This document shows positions 56,937 to 64,000 of a stretch of DNA of 64,000 bases, in pieces. Where the stretch lies: positions 1,088,001 through 1,152,000 of the forward strand of contig JBJBDL010000003.1 in assembly GCA_047285305.1 (NCBI GenBank), read 5' to 3'. The first letter of the stretch is position 1. Every line of letters starts with the position of its first letter. The notes below the pieces were generated by a model. It was not told the origin of the DNA, did no database searches, and saw nothing but the letters and a program-made list of their open reading frames with translations. The stretch comes from Synechococcus sp. (GTDB lineage Bacteria; Cyanobacteriota; Cyanobacteriia; PCC-6307; Cyanobiaceae). The position numbers and the translations under genes are program-made.

Positions 56937-57110
56937 TCAGGCTGGTTTCGGTGCTTTCACCTCACGGATCGAAATCCGGCAGGAGCTGGGGAAGATGGCG
57001 TGGGCCGCTTCCACGGCATGGCTGAGATTGTCGGACTGGAGCATTTCTTCGCCCCATTCGTTGCCGCAGTGGTAGGTGACTGCGTACTGGTGCAGCTGTT
57101 TGTTGTCCAT
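56937..57110 (-). CDS. Small conserved hypothetical protein
   Basis: MDNKQLHQYAVTYHCGNEWGEE...; host-like codons. Confidence 0.6.
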   Translation of the reverse strand: MDNKQLHQYAVTYHCGNEWGEEMLQSDNLSHAVEAAHAIFPSSCRISIREVKAPKPA

Positions 57111-57173
57111 TGCTGACAATCCGCTGCTTTGGTTATGGCCCAGGGTTCACGGAGATACAAGTCTTCCCTTGGA

Positions 57174-57863
57174 TCAGCAGCGCAGCTTCACAGTTCGCGG
57201 CAACTCCTCCATCAGCTCTCCCTCCTCACTCAAGGCGAGGTAAGGCCGTTCCTGTTCCCGGCACCAGCGGGCCACCTCGGGGTAGGACCACTCAAACAGC
57301 AACTGCTGGTACTGCTCTGGCTTCAGGCCTTCTCCCTGGGTTGGAGCCAGTCCGGCCACCTGGCGTTGGCGCAGCGCCTCAAACAGCAGGGTTGCGGTGG
57401 CGACCGACACGTTCAGGGACTGCACCATGCCACGCATCGGGATGAACAGCGCTTCATCCATCAGGTCCCGGGCCTGATCGGTCAGCCCCCATTTCTCGGC
57501 CCCGAGCACGAAGGCGGTGGGCCCGGTGAAGTCGCACTCCCGGTAGTCCTTGGCATCCACTCCGAGATGGGTGCCGTAGAGCCGGAACCCTTTCGCTTTG
57601 AGATGGCGGATGGCTGTTTCGGTGTCGGGATGGTCGTGCAGAGGCACCCATTTCTGGCTGCCCTGGGCCGTGCTGTTGAAAGTGCGTGGCCGCCCGTCAA
57701 AACTCACCGCGTGGGCTTCCAGCGCCCCGACGGCATCACAGCTGCGCAGGATGGCGGAAAGGTTGTGGGGTTTCTCCACGTGTTCGAGCAGCACCGTGAG
57801 ATCCGCCATGCGGTGGTTGAGCACGGATTTCAGCCGCTCAAACCGTCGCGGCAGCAGGGGCAT
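57174..57863 (-). CDS. trmH: tRNA (guanosine-18 2'-O)-methyltransferase
   Basis: KPHNLSAILRSCDAVG, LGAEKWG, IPMRGMVQSLNVSVA. Confidence 0.93.
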   Translation of the reverse strand: MPLLPRRFERLKSVLNHRMADLTVLLEHVEKPHNLSAILRSCDAVGALEAHAVSFDGRPRTFNSTAQGSQKWVPLHDHPDTETAIRHLKAKGFRLYGTHLGVDAKDYRECDFTGPTAFVLGAEKWGLTDQARDLMDEALFIPMRGMVQSLNVSVATATLLFEALRQRQVAGLAPTQGEGLKPEQYQQLLFEWSYPEVARWCREQERPYLALSEEGELMEELPRTVKLRC

Positions 57864-58003
57864 GGGCGGTCAATCGGGTGAGAGCAACAGGTGGGGGCCT
57901 TCCATGCTTTGGGGTCTGGAACGACAATCGAGAAGTCAGCGCTTCCGTCGCCATCCAGATCCCGCCCAAGGATCCCTCCGTTGAACCGTACGTCTCCGGC
58001 GGC

Positions 58004-58327
58004 ATGTTTGATCAGCGTGTCTGGGGCCAGGTGGCCCGCATCCCCCACGGTCGCTTGGCGACCTATGGCCAGATCGCTGATTTGGTCGGTGCCTTTGGTT
58101 GTGCGCGTCAGGTGGGTTGGGCCTTGCGGCGTCTAAAGCTCCCGTCCAGCGTTCCCTGGCACCGCGTGGTGAACGCTAAAGGCCGGATTTCGATGAGCCT
58201 CAGCCGTGAGGGCAGTGACTGGATCCAGCGTGACCTGCTGCTGGCTGAGGGCATTCCGGTGGATGCGGAAGGACGCTTGCCGCTGCGTCAGTTCCTCTGG
58301 CACCCGGACGCCCATGCTGGGGTTTGA
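58004..58327 (+). CDS. Alkyltransferase-like (Atl/MGMT family) protein
   Basis: IPHG..ATYGQIA, ARQVGWAL, VPWHRVVN (Trp instead of catalytic Cys); start could be upstream to 57878. Confidence 0.88.
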   Translation: MFDQRVWGQVARIPHGRLATYGQIADLVGAFGCARQVGWALRRLKLPSSVPWHRVVNAKGRISMSLSREGSDWIQRDLLLAEGIPVDAEGRLPLRQFLWHPDAHAGV

Positions 58328-58330
58328 TGC

Positions 58331-59668
58331 GTGCTGCTCTTGTCTGATTCGGCTCCGATTGGACTGCTGCCGCGCCGTCTCGCCTGGGATGTATTGCAGG
58401 CGGTTGCGGCTGGGGCCTATGCCGATGTGGCCCTGGAGCGGGTGCTGCGAGAGCGGGACCTCAAGCCTTCGGATCGGGGATTGGTGACCGAGCTGGCCTA
58501 TGGCGCGATCCGCCAACGGCGCACTCTCGATGCCTGGCTGGATCGGTTGGGCAAGGTGCCGGCGTTTAAACAACCGCCCAAGCTGCGCTGGCTGTTGCAT
58601 GTGGGGCTCTATCAACTGCTGTTGATGGAGCGGATTCCAGAGTCAGCAGCGGTGAACACCGCCGTGGAGTTGGCCAAAACCAGCAAGGGATTGGCCCGGC
58701 TGGCCCCTGTGGTGAATGGGGTGCTCCGTGCGGCGCTGCGGGCACGGGAGGCCGGCGAAACCCTGCAACGGCCCAACGATCTGGCCGCTCAGCTTGCCCA
58801 GACCCATTCCCTGCCGGATTGGTTCACCCAGTTGTTGATCGAGTGGCGCGGGGTGGAGGGGGCCGCGGCGGTGGCAAGCGCCTGCAACCGTGTGCCGGAT
58901 CTGGATTTGCGGGTGAATCGGTTGCGATCGAGCCCTGCGCAGGTGCAGCAGGATCTGGCTGCGGGTGGCATCAGCAGTGAGCCCATCGTTGGTTGTCCCG
59001 ACGGCTTACGCATCTCAGGCCACAGCGGCGATCTGCGCCACTGGCCTGGCTATGCCGAGGGCCATTGGTGTGTGCAGGATTGTTCGGCGCAATGGATTGC
59101 GCCTCTGCTCGATCCCAATCCGGGAGATCGCATCCTGGATGCCTGCGCGGCTCCGGGGGGGAAAGCCACCCATTTGGCCGAGTTGGTGGGAGATCATGCG
59201 GAGATCTGGGCTGTGGACCGTTCAGCCGGACGGCTCAAGCGTGTTGCGGCCAATGCTGCCCGGCTTGGCCTCTCCTCCATCAATGCCCTGGCTGCGGATG
59301 CCGCCAATCTTTTGGAGCAGCGTCCCCAATGGCGTGCATCCTTCCAGCGGATTTTGATCGACGCCCCCTGCTCGGGGCTAGGAACCCTGGCCCGTCACCC
59401 CGACGCCCGTTGGCGCGTGACGCCCCAATCCATTCGTGGTCTTTTGCCCCAACAACAGGCTCTGCTGGATGGGCTTTTGCCGTTGTTGGCTCCCCAGGGA
59501 GTGTTGGTGTACGCAACGTGCACCATTCATCCCGATGAAAATCAGAAACAGATCCAGGCGTTGTTGAAGCGCCATCCAGCGCTTCGCGTGGAGCAGGAGA
59601 GCCAGCTCTGGCCGGATCAAGCCAACGGGGGGGATGGGTTTTACTCGGCTGTGCTGCAGCGGGCTTAG
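58331..59668 (+). CDS. rsmB: 16S rRNA m5C967 methyltransferase
   Basis: NusB-like N-terminus, LRVN, DACAAPGGK, DAPCSGLG, YATCT, DGFY. Confidence 0.95.
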   Translation: MLLLSDSAPIGLLPRRLAWDVLQAVAAGAYADVALERVLRERDLKPSDRGLVTELAYGAIRQRRTLDAWLDRLGKVPAFKQPPKLRWLLHVGLYQLLLMERIPESAAVNTAVELAKTSKGLARLAPVVNGVLRAALRAREAGETLQRPNDLAAQLAQTHSLPDWFTQLLIEWRGVEGAAAVASACNRVPDLDLRVNRLRSSPAQVQQDLAAGGISSEPIVGCPDGLRISGHSGDLRHWPGYAEGHWCVQDCSAQWIAPLLDPNPGDRILDACAAPGGKATHLAELVGDHAEIWAVDRSAGRLKRVAANAARLGLSSINALAADAANLLEQRPQWRASFQRILIDAPCSGLGTLARHPDARWRVTPQSIRGLLPQQQALLDGLLPLLAPQGVLVYATCTIHPDENQKQIQALLKRHPALRVEQESQLWPDQANGGDGFYSAVLQRA

Positions 59669-59677
59669 GGCCTTGGA

Positions 59678-61708
59678 TCAATCCCGGTTCCAGCGACGCC
59701 CTTGGCGATCAACGTTGTTGCCTGGCGAGCTGTCTCTCCATAGATAAGGGGTCTGTCGAGGTGGAGGCGCCAAGGGCGTGAGACCGGGCAGGTCGGACTC
59801 AACTGTCGGTTGACTTGCATCAGGCAAGTTGATGGGCTTGGTCTTGGGTGGCTTGGCGATCGTTTTCGGGTCGACAGCCAAACGCACTCTGCGTTTCAGC
59901 TTGGGTTTGTCGGGGAAGTTGCGGACGAGGATCTCGTCCTTGATCTGGAGCATGAACTGCTTCCAAGCCCAAGCCGCCTCGCCGCTGGTGCTCTTGGTGG
60001 CGCGGTCGTCGTCGTATCCAAACCAGACGCCCGTTGTGAGCTGAGGAATCGAGCCGATGAACCAAAGATCACGGGTGTTCTCTGACGTTCCCGTTTTGCC
60101 GGCCACCTGTCGATCATCGAGTTTGGCGGCGATGCCGGTGCCGCCGGTCACCACCCGCTGCAGCATCCAGTTCATGGTGTCTGCTACATCACTATCAATC
60201 GCCCGCTTGCCTGGGTTGTCGCTCAGCTGCCGGCTCCAAAGCAGCTCATTCTTCGGTCCACGGATTGCCTCAAAGGGGCTGGGTGTAAAGAACACACCGC
60301 GGTTGGCCATGCCGGCATAGGCGGCGGTCATGTCGAGGATGGTTTGCTCATAGGCCCCGATGGCCATGGGGTAATACTTGCCGAGAGGTCGATTGGTGCC
60401 GATGTTGAAGTTATTGGCAATCTCAATGACGGCATCAAACCCAACGATCTCCTGCAGTTGAACCGCCACCGTGTTGAGTGAGTTCTTCAGAGCATCAGCC
60501 AAGGAGATATTGCCGTAGTACTTGTTGCCAAAGTTTTTGGGGCAGTAGCCGTTCCAGCACCGCTTGGCATCAAACACTTTGGTTTCGGGCTTCATGCCCC
60601 GATCAATGGCCGCGGCGTAGGGAAACAGCTTGAAGGTGGAGCCCGGAGAGCGCAGCGCCAGGATGGTGCGGTTGAACTGGCTCTTGGAGAAATCCTTGCC
60701 GCCCACCATCACCCGCACCAGTCCGTTGCCAGGATCGATCGAAACCATCGCGCCTTCGGTGTCGAAGGGGGCATTGGCTCGAATCACTTGCTGAGCTTTC
60801 TTTTGCCAGTCGAGATTCAGGCTGGTGCGCACCTTGATCCCGCCCACTTCCAGTTGTTCTGCCGTCAATAATTTGGGCAGCTCCTGGGCAATCCAGGTGG
60901 TGAAGTAAGGCGCTGAACTGTTGAAGTACTTGGGTGTTGCAGGCTTCAGTCCGAGGGGGCTGTTGCGACCGCGCTCTGCCTCGCTGGCGGAGATGAATCC
61001 GGCCTGGGCCATGCGATCCAGAACGATCGAGCGCCGCTCTTCGGCCAGATCTGGATTCACCAGGGGTGAATAAATCGATGGAGCTGGCGGTAGCCCAGCG
61101 ATCATGGCTGCTTCAGGAACCGTGAGCTGCTCCGGGGTTTTGGAGAAGTAGATCCAGGCCGCATCTGCAACGCCATAGGCGCCGGACCCCAGGTAGACGT
61201 AGTTGAGGTACTGCTCGAGGATCTGCTGCTTGCTCAGCTGGCGCTCTAGCTTCATGGCCAGAGCCGCTTCCTTGAGTTTGCGAGTGATCGTTCGGTCTTG
61301 GCTCAAAAAGACGGTTCGAGCCAGCTGCTGGGTGATTGTGCTTGCCCCTTCCCGAACCGCACCTTGGCGGACATTGGTGACGATGGCCCTGGCGATGCCC
61401 CAGCCATCCACACCGTCGTGTTGATAAAAGCGACGGTCTTCGGCGGCAATGAAAGCCTCAGCCACACTTTGCGGCATCGCACCGGGTTTGACCTTTTCTC
61501 GCGTCGCTGGCCCAAGCTTCTGGATCACCTTGCCGTTGGTGGAGAGCAGGGTGATAGTTCCTGGCCGATTGAAACTGGCAATTCCGCGGGCATCCGGCAG
61601 CGTGGCATCCATCAGTTCCGTCAGGGCGCGCATGCTTAGAGATGCGCCCACGCCCACTGCAGCTGCTGTGCCAGCGATCAGTGCCCAGCGCAGGCGGGAA
61701 CGGTTCAC
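59678..61708 (-). CDS. Bifunctional transglycosylase/transpeptidase (PBP1A family)
   Basis: AAEDRRFY, GASTITQQL, RKLKE, SPGSTFK, SLN, AGKTGT. Confidence 0.93.
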   Translation of the reverse strand: MNRSRLRWALIAGTAAAVGVGASLSMRALTELMDATLPDARGIASFNRPGTITLLSTNGKVIQKLGPATREKVKPGAMPQSVAEAFIAAEDRRFYQHDGVDGWGIARAIVTNVRQGAVREGASTITQQLARTVFLSQDRTITRKLKEAALAMKLERQLSKQQILEQYLNYVYLGSGAYGVADAAWIYFSKTPEQLTVPEAAMIAGLPPAPSIYSPLVNPDLAEERRSIVLDRMAQAGFISASEAERGRNSPLGLKPATPKYFNSSAPYFTTWIAQELPKLLTAEQLEVGGIKVRTSLNLDWQKKAQQVIRANAPFDTEGAMVSIDPGNGLVRVMVGGKDFSKSQFNRTILALRSPGSTFKLFPYAAAIDRGMKPETKVFDAKRCWNGYCPKNFGNKYYGNISLADALKNSLNTVAVQLQEIVGFDAVIEIANNFNIGTNRPLGKYYPMAIGAYEQTILDMTAAYAGMANRGVFFTPSPFEAIRGPKNELLWSRQLSDNPGKRAIDSDVADTMNWMLQRVVTGGTGIAAKLDDRQVAGKTGTSENTRDLWFIGSIPQLTTGVWFGYDDDRATKSTSGEAAWAWKQFMLQIKDEILVRNFPDKPKLKRRVRLAVDPKTIAKPPKTKPINLPDASQPTVESDLPGLTPLAPPPRQTPYLWRDSSPGNNVDRQGRRWNRD

Positions 61709-62658
61709 ATCACCTGGGTCAAGGGGCTATGGCCCACGGCCAGAGCGGTCACCAACATGCCGAGCACCAGGAAGGGCTGGGCACTGGCCTGATATTTCAC
61801 GTCAAAGGCAACGGGGTCTCTCAGCAACCAGATGTCCTGGAAGGTGATCTGGGGGACGATCAAGAGAACAAGCAGAACCGCTGCAAAATGCTGGCCGATC
61901 CCGATCAAGACGGCAACCATCGCTAGCTGAAAAACATCGATCATTGCGGCGCTGATCCAACTGGCTCGTTCAATGCCGAACACCACCGGCAAAGACTGAA
62001 GTCCGAGTTCACGGTCGCCCTCAACGCTCTTGAAGTCGTTGACAACAGCGATGCCAAGACCCGCAAGGCTGTAGGCCAGGGTGAGCAATGCTGTGCCCCA
62101 GGTCAGCTGCCCGAAGAGGGCCTGTCCAGCCCACCAGGGCAGGGCGATGTAGCTGGCGCCGAGGGCGTAATTCCCCAGCCACCCGTTCTGCTTGAGCTTC
62201 AGCGGCGGTGCTGAATAGATGTAGCTCACAAACGAGCCTCCCAACGCCAGCAGAAAGACCACAGGAGTGCTGTGGCCCGCCCACAGGTCGAGTCCGTAGG
62301 ACACGCCTAAACCGGCGAGCAGCAGCACCCAGATCTGGAGCTTCACCTGACCGAGGGGAATCGCTCCCGACGGGATCGGACGATACGGCTCATTGATCGC
62401 GTCGATCTCGCGGTCGTAGTAGTCGTTGATGGTCTGGGTGAAGCCCGCCAGCAGAGGACCGCTCATCAACATGCAGGCGAAGGCGCATAGCAAGTGGTCC
62501 ACACGCCACTCATAGTTGCCGCTGGCCGCGGCACCACAGATAACCCCCCAGATCAATGGGATCCATGTGACCGGTTTCATCAGCTGCAGCCGCAGCTTCC
62601 AGATGTTGGTGGTGCCTGAGGCACCCTTCATCCCAAGCAGCTGACGCGCGTCGCTCAC
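61705..62658 (-). CDS. chlG: Chlorophyll synthase
   Basis: LMKPVTWIPL, NDYYDREIDAINEPYRPIPSG, NDFKSVEGD. Confidence 0.97.
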   Translation of the reverse strand: MSDARQLLGMKGASGTTNIWKLRLQLMKPVTWIPLIWGVICGAAASGNYEWRVDHLLCAFACMLMSGPLLAGFTQTINDYYDREIDAINEPYRPIPSGAIPLGQVKLQIWVLLLAGLGVSYGLDLWAGHSTPVVFLLALGGSFVSYIYSAPPLKLKQNGWLGNYALGASYIALPWWAGQALFGQLTWGTALLTLAYSLAGLGIAVVNDFKSVEGDRELGLQSLPVVFGIERASWISAAMIDVFQLAMVAVLIGIGQHFAAVLLVLLIVPQITFQDIWLLRDPVAFDVKYQASAQPFLVLGMLVTALAVGHSPLTQVM

Positions 62659-62669
62659 AGAGAAAGTCC

Positions 62670-62885
62670 TCAGGCGGTGGCGATTTCGTCTTCGAAGAAC
62701 CAGCTTGTGGAGCCATCGCTGAGCTCAACAACCACGCCGATTCCCTTGCCGTCGACTGTGCGGAAATCCTTCACCGTGCCGTTGGCGTCCTTCTTCAGAA
62801 GGTCAACCATGGCCTGGGGAATGCGATCACGCACGCGGGTTACGCGAACCTTGGAGCCGATCGAAATGGCGTCAGCCTGGGACAT
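62670..62885 (-). CDS. petP: PetP/DUF2862 family protein
   Basis: [30 protein letters not shown]. Confidence 0.8.
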   Translation of the reverse strand: MSQADAISIGSKVRVTRVRDRIPQAMVDLLKKDANGTVKDFRTVDGKGIGVVVELSDGSTSWFFEDEIATA

Positions 62886-62941
62886 GGCCTGCGAGGCTTG
62901 GAGAGTGGCGCAACCCTAACAGTCGCTTTTGCGCCGAATCG

Positions 62942-63712
62942 ATGGTTGCTCTGCGTCTGATTCCCTGTCTGGATGTCGCCCGGGGACGGGTGGTGAAAGG
63001 TGTCAATTTCGTTGGCCTGCGCGATGCCGGCGATCCAGTGGAGCTGGCTTGCCGTTACAGCCGTTCAGGGGCGGATGAACTCGTTTTCCTTGACATCGCA
63101 GCCAGCCATGAGGGGCGGGGCACCCTGGTCGACATGGTGCGTCGCACAGCTGAATCGGTCACGATCCCTTTCACGGTTGGCGGTGGCATCAGCACCGTCG
63201 AGGGAATCACCGAGTTGTTGCGGGCCGGTGCAGACAAGGTGAGTCTCAACTCCTCGGCGGTGCGGCGACCCGAGCTGGTGCGAGAGGGGGCCGATCAGTT
63301 TGGCTGCCAGTGCATCGTCGTGGCTATTGATGCTCGGCGGCGCGATGCCGGCGGCTGGGATGTGTATGTGAAGGGAGGCCGAGAGAACACTGGCCTCGAT
63401 GTTGTGGAGTGGGCCCAGCGGGTGGCTGGTCTCGGGGCTGGAGAGATCTTGCTCACCTCCATGGATGGTGATGGCACCCAGGCTGGTTACGATCTCGCCC
63501 TGACCCGGACCGTGGCCGATGCGGTCCCCATCCCGGTGATCGCCTCCGGTGGTGCGGGCTGCCTGGATCACATCGCTGAGGCGTTGAACGTGGGCCCTGA
63601 GGGAGGCCATGCTTCCGCAGCTTTGCTGGCCTCATTGCTGCACGACGGTGTTCTCACCGTGGAACAAATCAAGCAAGATCTGCTTTCCCGTGGTCTGACG
63701 ATCCGTCCATGA
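62942..63712 (+). CDS. hisF: Imidazole glycerol phosphate synthase cyclase subunit
   Basis: [40 protein letters not shown]. Confidence 0.97.
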   Translation: MVALRLIPCLDVARGRVVKGVNFVGLRDAGDPVELACRYSRSGADELVFLDIAASHEGRGTLVDMVRRTAESVTIPFTVGGGISTVEGITELLRAGADKVSLNSSAVRRPELVREGADQFGCQCIVVAIDARRRDAGGWDVYVKGGRENTGLDVVEWAQRVAGLGAGEILLTSMDGDGTQAGYDLALTRTVADAVPIPVIASGGAGCLDHIAEALNVGPEGGHASAALLASLLHDGVLTVEQIKQDLLSRGLTIRP

Positions 63713-64000
63713 AGCCTGGTGATCCCGCGGCGGTGGAACAGCTGTTTGACGCTGTCGCTCCCCGCTACGACCGCCTCAACGATGTGCTCAGTTTCGGGTT
63801 GCATCGCCAGTGGAAACGTCAGTTGGTGCGCGCCCTCAAGCCGGTGGCTGGCGAGCATTGGCTGGATCTGTGCTGCGGAACGGGGGACCTGGCCTTGGAA
63901 CTGGGGCGATGTGTTCGCCCCGCCGGTGCGGTGACTGGTCTGGATGCCGCCGCTGCTCCACTTGAGCGCGCCCGCCAGCGCCAGCGCCAGCAGCCCTGGT
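63709..64000 (+). CDS. menG: UbiE/MenG methyltransferase (3' truncated by window edge)
   Basis: Manual translation [36 protein letters not shown]...[11 protein letters not shown]. Confidence 0.88.
   Translation, partial: MKPGDPAAVEQLFDAVAPRYDRLNDVLSFGLHRQWKRQLVRALKPVAGEHWLDLCCGTGDLALELGRCVRPAGAVTGLDAAAAPLERARQRQRQQPW

Overview
Chromosomal window from a marine picocyanobacterium, inferred to be Synechococcus from its GC-rich coding regions, form IA Rubisco with an alpha-carboxysome, an ndhF4/D4/cupB CO2 pump and the conserved gene order. Bases 1-39 kb are core genes: alkane synthesis (ado, aar), accA, folE, trpF, psaM, por and chlLBN, the full cso operon (csoS1D, csoS1, cbbLS, csoS2, csoSCA, csoS4AB, csoS1E), NDH-1(4), acRAF/PCD-like, cbbX, cobQ, maf, rpsD and murE. 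Bases 51-64 kb are also core: nifU-like, mqo, lepA, an ABC permease, trmH, rsmB, a PBP1A, chlG, hisF and the start of menG. The main accessory feature is a ~10.3 kb lower-GC island (39039-49355) inserted inside the 5' end of a class-V aminotransferase (cysteine/cystine lyase-like) gene rather than at a tRNA. A second copy of the first ~15 codons lies stranded at 49310-49356, and the island apparently supplies a recoded replacement N-terminus that keeps the gene intact. The island carries a broken tyrosine integrase next to the left junction, a thermonuclease pseudogene, a DUF4326-like protein, two related membrane-anchored proteins, many small exported or membrane proteins, and a probable Yfr2-family sRNA. 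All calls come from reading the sequence and recalling family motifs; no database searches were run.
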